From positions 806,001 to 870,000 of the forward strand of contig JANHCV010000003.1 in the NCBI GenBank assembly GCA_025594325.1: DNA of 64,000 nucleotides. The letters run 5' to 3'. Made by a program: the position numbers and the translations under genes. Position 1 is the stretch's first letter; each line of letters starts with the position of its first letter. The notes under the pieces were generated by a model. It was not told the DNA's origin. It searched no databases and saw only the letters and a list, made by a program, of their open reading frames with translations. Positions 45,901 through 55,746 of this stretch are shown piece by piece. This stretch comes from Blastocladiella emersonii ATCC 22665 (Eukaryota > Fungi > Blastocladiomycota).

Positions 45901-48004
45901 AGGAACATGGTCGAGCCGGCGATCGACCCGCCGAGGTTCATGCTGCTCCCGTGGTCCGCGGCGGCGGTGCCGAGGAAGTTGCCGCCGCCGCCGTAGCCCT
46001 GCATCGGGTGCAGCGACGGCGACGGACCGGCGAGGTGGACGACCGATCCCGGCGGCGCATGGTAGCCGGACCCGGGCATGGCGTTCACGGCGTTGAGGAA
46101 CACGGTTGACCCACCGGCGGCGGCGGCGTGCGACTGGTGCTGAGCCGCGGCCGAGAAGGGCGCGAGCAGCGTGGTGCTGGAACCGAGCGACATGGTCGAC
46201 GCGCTGGGCGTGTTGTGCGGCTGCGGTAGCAGCATGACCGAGCCCATGGGCCGCTGCTGGCCCATCGGGAGCGGGTACAGCGATGCGTTCGACGGCGTGA
46301 TGCCGGGCGTGAAGAAGTAGGTCGAGGCGGCGGGCGTCGGGTTCGGCGGCGGGTTGCCGTTGAGGCTGTACATGGAGTTGAGCGACGTGAACGAGTCGCC
46401 GCTGAGCGTGCCATGCGGCGGCGTCGAGGGCGACGCGTGGCCAGGGCTGTGCGAGTGGCCGTAGACGGGCAGCTGCGCCGCGGCCGCGTACGCCGGGAGC
46501 ACGGCCTGGAGGTGGGTCGCGATCGACGCGCTGCCCGGGTGGGCGCCGTTGGCGAGGAAGACCATGGACGGCGCCGGCGTGTTGGACGGGGGTCCGACGA
46601 GGTAGGCGGCCGACGACATGGACGACGCGGCCTTGTGCTGCTGCTGCAGGAGCTGCGGGTCGTGCGCGTTGGTGACCGATGTCGTCGCGCTGGCGCTGCG
46701 CCGGTTCGGCTGGGCGTACTCCTGGTACAGCCCGCGACCCGAGCCCATCTCCGAGTCCTCCTCGGACACGACCGACGAGACGGCCTTCATGGTGCGGGTC
46801 GAGAGCGACGCGTCGGGCCCAGAACCGGGCTGCGCGCTGGCGCGCGACGGCGGCGGGGGTGTCGCGCAGTCAGTCGGGGTTCCCGAGCCGGGCGTGGGCA
46901 TCTCGCTCTCGGACTGGAAGACGAGCGTGTTGGTCGCGGCCATGGTGCCGGACGCGGCGGTGGTGGGCGGCTCGTGGACCTCGGAGCCGATGATCTGGAT
47001 GACGACGCCGACGCGCGGGGTGCCGTCGGCGGCCTGCGAGGCGCCCTTGTGCATGACGACCATGGAGTCGAGGTTGGCGAGCGACTCGGTCGGGATGCTC
47101 GTGTCGAGGAGCGAGAGCGACGCCTGCGACCCGGCGGCGGGGCCGAGCGCGGCCGCGTCGATGATGTCGGTGGTGCCGACGCGGAAGTGCACGAGGCGGT
47201 GATCCTCGTCGAAAAAGTCGCCGGGCGTACCGAGCCCGCTCGCTGTGCCGTCGTCGCCGTCGACGACCGTGTCGAAGACGGAGATGACGATCTTGGGGTT
47301 AGCCTCGGTCTTGGCGAGGCTGTCGCGCATGAGGACGACTGAGTCGGCCTTGCACAGCTTGGAGGCGAGCAGGCCGGCGAGGGTCGGGTCCGAGAGCAGG
47401 TCGTTGAGCGAGGTGGTGATGGAGGCGGCCTTGGTCAGGCTCTGCAGCTGCAGCAGGCTCTGCGACGCGCGCTGCGCCGCGCTGAGGGCGTTGTTCTCTA
47501 CTCCATACGGTTCGCGGGGTGCGGGTAAGCGCGTGTCGACGTCGCGAAGGTGACGGGCGGGGACGTACCGGGCGGCGACTCGGTCGCGGTGCCGTTCACG
47601 TCCTCGTCGTCGACAACAAAGTTGATCTGGATCTGGTTCTGGTTGGCGGCAGCCGACGGCGCGCCCTCGGCGTCGGTGGGTCCTTGCGCCGGTGCATCGC
47701 TGCCGTGCGAGTCATTCGGGTCAAACGAGAATCCATGGCGGCTGAAGACCTGGACGAGGTGCGCCGCGTCGAAGCGCGCCGTGTGCGCGTGCGGGGGAGC
47801 GGCGGCCGGGGCACTGCCTTGGCCGGGCAGCGGGTACGACATGGATCGGGCGACAGACGACGCCGGCGGCGGCGGGAAGGGCATGTAGGCGGGGACGGGA
47901 GGGTGTCGGAGCGGCGGTGGCGACAGGGAGCTCGCCGAAGGTGAGGCAGCCGGGTCGGAAAGGGCACCCGCGGCGGCGGCGCCCGGCGCGTCGCGTGTCT
48001 CCAT
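42909..48004 (-). CDS. Very large, mostly disordered S/A/P/Q-rich hypothetical protein (about 1670 aa)
   Basis: ORF starting METRDAP at 48004, joined across intron 47568-47498 (GTACGT..TAG) to the frame of ORF 42909-47330. Poly-Q C-terminal third; no domain recognised. Confidence 0.7.
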
Positions 48005-48548
48005 GCACGGCGTCAGGTGCGCGCGCGCGTGTGTGAAAGCGGAGGCGGAGGGCTCAGGGGAGCGGTTTGTTTCGTTCGGCTTCGTGAGCGGCAGCGCGGA
48101 TCGCTCAGCGATAGAGTGGGGATTGCCGAGGCGGCGGCGCGAGGACGATGGCTTGGCCCACGTTTGCTCGTACTCGGCCCTCGTTTCAGCGTGCATCGGG
48201 ATCGAGGCTGCGCGGGACGGGCGGGTACGGGTGTGGTCGCGCGGGCCGGCGGGTCGCGGCGGGGAGGGAGACACGCGAGACGCGGGCGCGACGCGCCGGG
48301 ACGCGGTCACGGCCGGTCAGGTGACGGTCGCCGCCGACTACGCCACAGCTTCGCTCCCACCCGCTCCGCCGCGATGATTGGCCCGAGGGCGTGCAGGGAG
48401 CATTACGCCACACGTTTGGAGTCTTCGCGACGTCAGCGCCCCCTTTTGCCGGGTGACCCGACTCGGTCCCTCCTCTCCTTGCTCCACCATCCCGCCCATT
48501 CTCTCTCTCTCCCCCAACGACCGCGATCCGTCTCCGCCCACACCCTCA

Positions 48549-51020
48549 ATGCATCGTGCCGCCGGCCAGCGCCACAGCTCCATGTCCCTGCCATCGTCGG
48601 GCGGCGCCCCGGGGCCCTTCCGGTCCAGCTCGGTCGGCAGCTCCATGTCCGCGACCGGCTCCGCAGGGATCGCCGTTGACGACGACCCGTTCGCCGTGCT
48701 CGTCAAGCAGGCCGAGCCGTCCGCGCGCGCTGCCGCCGAGGCCTCGGCCTACGTCAACGCCGCGAGCGCTGCGGCCGCCGCGGCTGCTGCTGCTGCCTTT
48801 GAGCCCGCGTCGCCGTACCGCGGTCTTCCCGCTGGATCGGCACCGCGCCCGTCGGCGAATGCTGCTGCGAACCGCAACCGGTGGTCGACCATGTCGGCGC
48901 CGACCTGGCTCGACGCGCCGGGCCTGTCCGAGGACCCCGACGCCGACGAGTTCGATCCGTACGCGCCCGCCGACGCCGAGACCGAGTACGGCGGCGGCGG
49001 CCCGATCGCCGCGTCGTCGTCCGCCGCGCCGTACTACGACGACGACATGACGCGGAGCGAGGTCGATGCCGCCGAGGAGTTTGAGCGCCGCATGGCCGAG
49101 CTGCGCGCCCAGCTCGCCGCCTGGGAGCGCAACTTCCCCGCCACCGCTGATCCGGTGCCGTCCACGTCGTCGCCGACCATGTCGGTAACTGCTGCGTCGC
49201 GCGCGTCCGGCAACCGCAACTCGTCGTCCTCGCTCAAGCTGCACCCGTACCGCCCGCACGAGCCCAGCTACTACCACGACCACCCGCGCTACCACCAGCA
49301 CCACCCGAGCCACCACCGCTACCTGAGCCAGTACGAGCAGCAGCCGTACCCGCAGCAGCAGCAGCAGCAGCCGTTCCGCGGTGGTGACCGTGGTGGCAGT
49401 CACGGCCGCGCCTTTACGGCCGAGGACCTGTCCGCTCACGGCGGCCGCGTGCGCCGCGAGCGGCCCGTGTCGTGCCCGCCCATCTCCTTCTCGGATCTGC
49501 CCAGCAACAACAACAACAACCCCTTTGCGACCGCCGCCAGCGACTCGTACGACGCCCATCACCGCGCCTCGGGCTTCCCGACGGGCGCCGGCAACCGCAC
49601 CTCGTGGTCGTCGCCCGCCGTGTCGCCGTCGTTGCGCCACCCGCTCGCCCAGGAGTGGCGCCCGCCGCTCCCGAACCAGTGGAGCGCCAACTGCCTCGAC
49701 GACCTCGACTTTCTCGCCAGCCACCCGGCCGCTCTCGCCGGTGCGCCCGCTGCGGCCGATGACGGGTACGGCGACGACGACGACGGCGATAACCTGATCA
49801 ACCTCGCGCGCGACGGGCCGCCGTCGCCCACGCACTCGGTCCGGTCGCTCGCCCAAGAACTCGCCGGCGCCATGGGGGTCGCGCCGCCCCCGCCCATGGA
49901 CGGCGTGCTCATCTCGCCGCTCGGCGACGAGTTCCCCGACCGCCCCGAGGATCTCGCCGAGTCCGACGCGTACCGGTACCCGCACCCGAACTCGGTCTAC
50001 GGTGACGACGACGACGAGGAGGACGACGAGTACGTGGACGAGGCCGACGACGTGTACCCGGGCTCCGAGTGGGACCGCGGGACCACCGACTCGCTCGTCG
50101 CGCACCGCACCGTGCTCGACCCGGAGACCGTCGTCACCACGTACTCGTACCCGACGCCGCCCGCGCCCGCGCCCTCGAGCAAGGCGGCGCGCCGCGCCTC
50201 GTACATGTCGTCGGCGTCCTCGGTCGCATCTTCGCGCCACACGAGCGCCGCGCTCGCATCGGGCGCGCACCACCTGCCGTCGCGCCGGAGCAGCGCGCTC
50301 ATGGGCGGCGGTGGCGCTGGGCGCCCGCACTCGTTCTCGTTCGGGAGCACCAGCGCGCCGTCGATCGCGCCGTCCGCGACCTCGGCCGCGTCCCTCGCGG
50401 CGCGCCGCCGGTCGACCAACCCGTTCCTGCGCGACGCCCCGCACCGCGCCAGCGTCAGCTTCCACACGGACGCGGACGTCGTGGTCGCGCACCCGGTCAT
50501 GTCGGCGTTCGACGAGCACCTCGCCGCGCACTCGGTCGACGCGTGGATGCCGCCGCCGCCGTCCGACGCGTCGGTCCCGCCCAACCCGTTCGCCGACCCG
50601 TCCGAGCTCGACTACGCCGGGCCCGAGCATTTCGTCGACGCGGCGGGACCGCACGCCGAGGTCGAGCTCGAGTTCGCGGCTTCGCTGGCAGGTGACGCTG
50701 CCGAGTCGCTCGCGGGCGAGCTTGACGGGATCTCGTCGACGGGTGCGGTCGCGGCCGCGAGCGCCAGCGAGGCGGGCGTCGAGGCGTCGCTCGAGGAGGA
50801 GCTGGCCGAGGCCGAGATGAAGCGGTTCAGCAACCTGCTCGACCGGGTCGCCCTGCAGATCTCGGACCTGCGCGTCGCCGACGCCAAGCTCACCAGCTCC
50901 CTCCACGCCATGGACGCCGTGTGCGCTCGGTGCGACGCCGTGTCTGAGTCGGGCGCGTCGCACACCCACGGCGATGGCAGCGAGACGTCGTCGGCGCCGC
51001 ACGCGCCGGCCGAGGCGTGA
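48549..51020 (+). CDS. Low-complexity protein with NPF/DPF motifs and a C-terminal coiled coil
   Basis: Intronless ORF from ATG 48549 with three NPF motifs, one DPF and a terminal helix (LEEELAEAEMKRFSNLLDRVALQISDL). Confidence 0.72.
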   Translation: MHRAAGQRHSSMSLPSSGGAPGPFRSSSVGSSMSATGSAGIAVDDDPFAVLVKQAEPSARAAAEASAYVNAASAAAAAAAAAAFEPASPYRGLPAGSAPRPSANAAANRNRWSTMSAPTWLDAPGLSEDPDADEFDPYAPADAETEYGGGGPIAASSSAAPYYDDDMTRSEVDAAEEFERRMAELRAQLAAWERNFPATADPVPSTSSPTMSVTAASRASGNRNSSSSLKLHPYRPHEPSYYHDHPRYHQHHPSHHRYLSQYEQQPYPQQQQQQPFRGGDRGGSHGRAFTAEDLSAHGGRVRRERPVSCPPISFSDLPSNNNNNPFATAASDSYDAHHRASGFPTGAGNRTSWSSPAVSPSLRHPLAQEWRPPLPNQWSANCLDDLDFLASHPAALAGAPAAADDGYGDDDDGDNLINLARDGPPSPTHSVRSLAQELAGAMGVAPPPPMDGVLISPLGDEFPDRPEDLAESDAYRYPHPNSVYGDDDDEEDDEYVDEADDVYPGSEWDRGTTDSLVAHRTVLDPETVVTTYSYPTPPAPAPSSKAARRASYMSSASSVASSRHTSAALASGAHHLPSRRSSALMGGGGAGRPHSFSFGSTSAPSIAPSATSAASLAARRRSTNPFLRDAPHRASVSFHTDADVVVAHPVMSAFDEHLAAHSVDAWMPPPPSDASVPPNPFADPSELDYAGPEHFVDAAGPHAEVELEFAASLAGDAAESLAGELDGISSTGAVAAASASEAGVEASLEEELAEAEMKRFSNLLDRVALQISDLRVADAKLTSSLHAMDAVCARCDAVSESGASHTHGDGSETSSAPHAPAEA

Positions 51021-51220
51021 TGTGGTGTGGCGATTTTGTGTGCGTGAGCTGTCCCTCCGTCGCGAGGGACGCGAGTCGACGACGACGACCTTTTGTGCCC
51101 TTTTTGCGATTTCTTCCCTCCTTCCTCTGCCCTTCTTTTTGTTTTAGAACATACCATTCATTGCATGATGCACCTCCGGCGCGGCGATCAAATTTCCTGA
51201 GGTTGAAAACTCAGTGGGCG

Positions 51221-51289
51221 CGCGGCCACGGTGACCGTGACCACGACCACGGTGACCTGACCACGACCACGGTGACCGCGGCCACGGCC
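51221..51289. repeat. Short imperfect tandem repeat, unit about 20-21 nt (CCACGGTGACC(G)TGACCACGA)
   Basis: Read directly from the sequence: about 2.5-3 copies between two convergent genes. Confidence 0.75.
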
Positions 51290-51378
51290 ATCTGCTGGAC
51301 TCGTTGATGTGGGCGAATGCCGACGAGAAACTCCATGGAGATTAGAAAATGAGTAGGACAACAAGAACAAATCAACTA

Positions 51379-54300
51379 TCAGAGGGAAAACTGGGCGGCC
51401 CAGGGGAAGAAGGGCAGCAATTTTAAGTGGCGGAGGAACGGGTGCAGGTCCTCGAACGCTTCCCTGAGGACCCGTCGGTCCGTTTTCGGGACTGGCGAGT
51501 CGTGCTGGACCGACGTGACGAGCGCCTTCAAGAACAGCACAAAGTTCTTGTGGCTGTTGAGCAGCACGGCGCCCGCCACGCCGTCCGTGTCGCCGTACAT
51601 GCTGTAGATGATGCGCTCGAAGAGCTTGGCGACCTGCGGATCAAAAGGCCCGCCCGTGAGGTTGCGCTCGTCGTACGCAAAGTAACAGGCCGCGCCGGGC
51701 GTCGCGGCCCCACCAGGACCAACGGGCGGCACATGGTAGATGTGGTTGGGGATGATCAGCGCGACGAGCTCGTTCTTCGCGGCAATCTTGCAGTGAATGG
51801 TAATCAGACTGGCCTTCGCGAGAAGCTTGAAGACGCTGCGGGTCGCGCCCATGATCACGTCCGCGTCCGAAGTTTGGGCCAGGACGTGCAGAGTAGGTTC
51901 CAGCGCTGCGACCCGGTCGATGGCAAGCTGCATGCAGGTCGAGGTCACCTTATCAAGAACAGCTCGCCCGACATGTGTCGCGGGACGCGAAAGGCCGCAC
52001 TGTTCGTGAGCGGCGACAAGGATGCGCTCGAGGATCACGATCACGCGCTTCTGGCGCCGCGATTTCTGCACGTTGGTCACGCGTAAATTCGCCGGCAGAC
52101 GCATGGTCTGGGCGACGCCGTCAACGAAGAGAGTCACGGCGCCGCGATCGAGGTGCACGTCCTTGAACTCGCGGGCTGCAAGCACGGCCGAGTCCTTGCC
52201 CGGTACAAGCTGAAGTTCAAGCTCAACACGGTCAGCAAGCTCGGAAGCGCGTGTCACTGGAAGCGGCCAGCCGCGGGCGACCTCGTCCACTGACGCGCGC
52301 GACTGCATGATCCCGCGAAACGCGGCGCTGTGCAGATCGTAGGGAACGCGCGTCACGGTGGCATCCAGGAATGAGACGAGCTCGCCGTCGCCGCTGATGA
52401 GTTCGCGCACGACCTTGGGCGAAGACGCGTCAGGCTTGCCGGGTCCACCGGCGGCCGTCTGCCACTCGAAGCGCTCGCGGTACACGCCAATCATGGAGGC
52501 GCGGGAGCGCATCATCATGACGTGACCCTGCGGAAGGTACAGAGCGACGAGTAGCTGCCGCGGGTCGTCCGGGACCAGCTCGACGGTGACTCCGCTGAAG
52601 AAGCCGCTGAACTGGCCCGTAGCGATTTCCACGACCAGGTGCGACGGTGGCGGGACCGGACCGGTCCTGTCGTTAACGCGAACCGGCAGCTCGATCCGGC
52701 AAATGGGCTCGGGCGGCCCGGTATGGCCGGGGTGAAGGTGAGTGTGGAAGCCGCTCATGAGCGCGTAGTCGGCTGAGGCCACAAACGGATTGTAGCTGTC
52801 CATTTCCGGCCAGACGAGCGAGCTAAGCAGAGTCGAGCCGGACCAGACGAGTCGGCCTGATGCAAATGCGTTCGCAACAAGCTTGGGCACAAGGGTATCC
52901 GAAATCAAGGATTGAGCTACACATGTAAAGAAAACGCGTACAGTCGGTGTTAAAAAGGTACGCGCGCGTCGTGAATATACATAGACCGTACCAGAGAACC
53001 GCGAGAGCTTGTCGGCGGCGCCGAGCTGGTAAAGAGCGTTTCGAAGGAGATCCGACTCTTCAAGCGCGATAGGCACAGTTGGCGCGGGAAGCCGGTAGAA
53101 AGTAAAGTATTGGTAGCGCTGGGTCTCGATTTGATCAACGCTCCAAGCAAAGTGCTGCAAATTGTTGGACCAGTGCTCCTCGCCCGGCCGCTCAAGAAGG
53201 CCGAGCCCGAGCAGCGCTGGGAACGCTCCAAGCGGAAACTTGGTGACAGCTGCGAGGTACTCGTCGCGCGAGTCGGCGATCGAGCTCATTTTCGTAGTGT
53301 ACGTGAGCAGCAGCGACTGTTGGTCTGGATAGGTCCCGGGCTTGAGGAGGGCCGAGCCGTGGACGAGGAGACTCAACATGCCGACCGAATCCTGCAAATT
53401 GGCTGTGTCGACCACGTTGAAGCGCTTGGACGGGTCGGCCGTAAGCTCCTCCATGAGCGTGACGGCATGACCAACTGCAAACGAGACCGTGTCAGCTGGG
53501 TCGGCGTTGGTACCGATTGAGCAAGTGAAGACGGAAAGGAAGCGGCGAATTTCGGCCAGTAGATCGGCTTGGAGCGAGGAAGACTTGTCCAGGTACATGT
53601 CGACCGACTCGAACGGAAAGAGCTTGGGATCGACGGCGTAGTAAGCGGTGCCGTCGACGCGGACGAGCAGCATGGTCGGGTTGACGACCGGACTCGCGCG
53701 CGGCGCAGGATCGACAAAGTACGCATCGCTGATCGCGAAACGCTCGGCCTCACAGGCCACGCGCGCCGCCCGCGAGAACGTGAGGTGGTCGCCAAGGCGC
53801 GCCTTTGCACGCTCCATATAATCCTTGACGGTTACAGCCGGGTCCGCGTCTCGGACGGCGGGGTCGGGGTGAGAACGGATGAACGACGTGCGCTTCTCAA
53901 GCAAGGTCTCGACGGACCAGTCGACGTTGAGCCACGACTGCCAGCAGTGGCGGATCGCGCGTTGCGTCTCGATGTTGAGAACGCGCAAAGTCGCGGACGG
54001 GTTAACCCAGTTCTTGACGAGACATTTGCGCATCTGGCCCTCCCAGAACGTGCGCACGTCCGGGTCGAGCACGAGCGAGTACCAAAGCTGGGCAACCCGA
54101 GTCGCGAGAGGCTCGTCCTCGTGCTCATCCGGATCGTAAAACTCGGAGACAGCGTGAAGAATCAACAGGTTGCGCGCAAGGACCTCGGGACGGATATCGT
54201 TGAGCAAAAAGCGGACCGGAGTAGAAGCGTCGTTGGCGAGCAAATCGCTCATGGTATGCTCAACGTCGCGAAGATCGCTGCAACCGCAAAGCAAGACGTC

Positions 54301-54552
54301 AAGCTCGCCGTCGCCCTCGCCGGGCTTGGGCGACGCGTCATGATAAAGCAAGAGGTTACGTGGCAGTACGCTGCGGTACGGGCGGTAGGTGTCGGCCCGC
54401 TCGTCGCAAAAACGCGCCAGGCAGCTGAGCGGCGGCCGCACCTTGCCGACGTGCTCGGGTGGCATCGACGGCACGGTGCGAGCGGCCGCCGGCGGTGCAG
54501 CCTTGGCGTTGCCGCGAGTTACATTAGCTTTTCCTTTCTTCTTTGCCTTCAT
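51379..54552 (-). CDS. DUF4470-domain protein (methyltransferase-like fold family)
   Basis: LDVLLCGCSDLRDV...FLLNDIRPEVLARNLLILH matches my recollection of DUF4470; downstream FNVVDTANLQDSVGMLSLL. Probable in-frame 75-nt intron at 52991-52917. GC lower than neighbouring genes. Confidence 0.72.
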   Translation of the reverse strand: MKAKKKGKANVTRGNAKAAPPAAARTVPSMPPEHVGKVRPPLSCLARFCDERADTYRPYRSVLPRNLLLYHDASPKPGEGDGELDVLLCGCSDLRDVEHTMSDLLANDASTPVRFLLNDIRPEVLARNLLILHAVSEFYDPDEHEDEPLATRVAQLWYSLVLDPDVRTFWEGQMRKCLVKNWVNPSATLRVLNIETQRAIRHCWQSWLNVDWSVETLLEKRTSFIRSHPDPAVRDADPAVTVKDYMERAKARLGDHLTFSRAARVACEAERFAISDAYFVDPAPRASPVVNPTMLLVRVDGTAYYAVDPKLFPFESVDMYLDKSSSLQADLLAEIRRFLSVFTCSIGTNADPADTVSFAVGHAVTLMEELTADPSKRFNVVDTANLQDSVGMLSLLVHGSALLKPGTYPDQQSLLLTYTTKMSSIADSRDEYLAAVTKFPLGAFPALLGLGLLERPGEEHWSNNLQHFAWSVDQIETQRYQYFTFYRLPAPTVPIALEESDLLRNALYQLGAADKLSRFSGTVYVYSRRARTFLTPTVRVFFTCVAQSLISDTLVPKLVANAFASGRLVWSGSTLLSSLVWPEMDSYNPFVASADYALMSGFHTHLHPGHTGPPEPICRIELPVRVNDRTGPVPPPSHLVVEIATGQFSGFFSGVTVELVPDDPRQLLVALYLPQGHVMMMRSRASMIGVYRERFEWQTAAGGPGKPDASSPKVVRELISGDGELVSFLDATVTRVPYDLHSAAFRGIMQSRASVDEVARGWPLPVTRASELADRVELELQLVPGKDSAVLAAREFKDVHLDRGAVTLFVDGVAQTMRLPANLRVTNVQKSRRQKRVIVILERILVAAHEQCGLSRPATHVGRAVLDKVTSTCMQLAIDRVAALEPTLHVLAQTSDADVIMGATRSVFKLLAKASLITIHCKIAAKNELVALIIPNHIYHVPPVGPGGAATPGAACYFAYDERNLTGGPFDPQVAKLFERIIYSMYGDTDGVAGAVLLNSHKNFVLFLKALVTSVQHDSPVPKTDRRVLREAFEDLHPFLRHLKLLPFFPWAAQFSL

Positions 54553-54745
54553 GGTAGTGGTTTGCGAGAGAGCGGGACGGGAGCGCTGCGCGCGCCCGAA
54601 AAAGGTTTCGCTGCCGATCGGCGGTCAGGCGCTCCTGCCTGCCACTCGCGTCAAGCTGTCTCGCGCCTCCTCGCCAGTTCCGGGGCCGCTCCACGTGGCG
54701 ATTTGATACGATGCACCGCGCAGGTCACGATCGTCAATGGTAAAA

Positions 54746-55597
54746 CTACTCGATGACAGCATTATCCTCCGTCGCGGTCTCGCCCGCGTCGCCGCTCGAG
54801 TCCCCGTTGCCCAGCAGGCCGCGCGTCTGCCAAAACCCCTTGCCGTACGAGACACAGATCTCCTCGCCCTTCTTGATCCCGCTGCCGCTCTTGCGCACGA
54901 AGACGCCCATGCGCAGCGTGCCCGCGGTGTCACGGTAGTCGCGGAACTCGGCGTTAGGGCCCAGCGAGTTGCTCTTGGCCTTGGCGGCGGGCGACGATGG
55001 CGCCGCGCGCTCGGGGATCCCGCGGTAGTCGTTGATGAACCGCGCCTCGTTGCCGGCCTTGTCCGCGTCGATGCACAGCTCCGAGTCGAGCGTGAGGATG
55101 TAGTCGCTCGTCGGCGAGAAGGACGAGTTTGGGTACACGATGCCAATGTAGTTCAAGATGTGCTGCCCGGGCGCGAGCTTCTTGGCCGCGAACAGGCCGC
55201 GGTGCGGGAACGCGGGGTGGTTCGGATCTACCCACGCAGGGTAGTTGGCTGTGGTGAGCAAAGGTGCGTCGAATGTCGTTCACGGACAACAAAGTGCACC
55301 GTCGATGAAGCGGATTGAGACGTCAGGGCTGATGCTCGGGGACTTGGCCGAAGTAGCCGTGGACCCGGCTGTCCGCCACGACGAGCTGCTGGGCGCAACT
55401 CGCTTCCGCTGGTCGGCCGTCACGGCGCCGTCATACTCGTAGTCTCCGAGATAGCGGACGCCCACTGGCCACACAGGTCCACGGTTTGCTGGTGGTGAAG
55501 CGGCGGCGGTACGAGGTGCAGCAGCTCGGCCGCCACTGACAGTTTGAGCACCTTTCGATGCCGCCGTTTGCGCCGCAGACTTCTTGTGCTTGGCCAT
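54746..55597 (-). CDS. Small SET-domain protein lysine methyltransferase
   Basis: Intron 55299-55249 joins SIRFID-A-NYPAWVDPNHPAFPHRGLFAAKK. SET motifs: IDADKAGNEARFINDYRG and IKKGEEICVSYGKGFW. An alternative in-frame ATG lies at 55606. Confidence 0.88.
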
Positions 55598-55714
55598 GGC
55601 ATTCAACGTTGCATCAAGTGAGAGAGCGTTGCTGCATCAAGTGACCCATCATGGACGCGCTCCGACCCGCACGGCAGAGCCATCTCCAACCCACACGGCA
55701 GAACCCCCTCATAC

Positions 55715-55715
<1 letters not shown>

Positions 55716-55746
<31 letters not shown>
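55716..55746. repeat. (GCT)10 microsatellite
   Basis: Ten perfect GCT units upstream of the SET gene. Confidence 0.95.

Noticed and set aside
52394-52430. CTGATGAG followed by a TTCGC...GCGAA stem, resembling a hammerhead ribozyme core
   Set aside because: The required GAAA does not follow the stem, and the site is antisense within a CDS.
54371-54441. Possible intron (GTGCGG..CGCAG) near the DUF4470 N-terminus
   Set aside because: It is 71 nt long, so removal shifts the frame into a stop. The unspliced YRPYRSVLPRNLL also aligns by position with the family's N-terminal motif.
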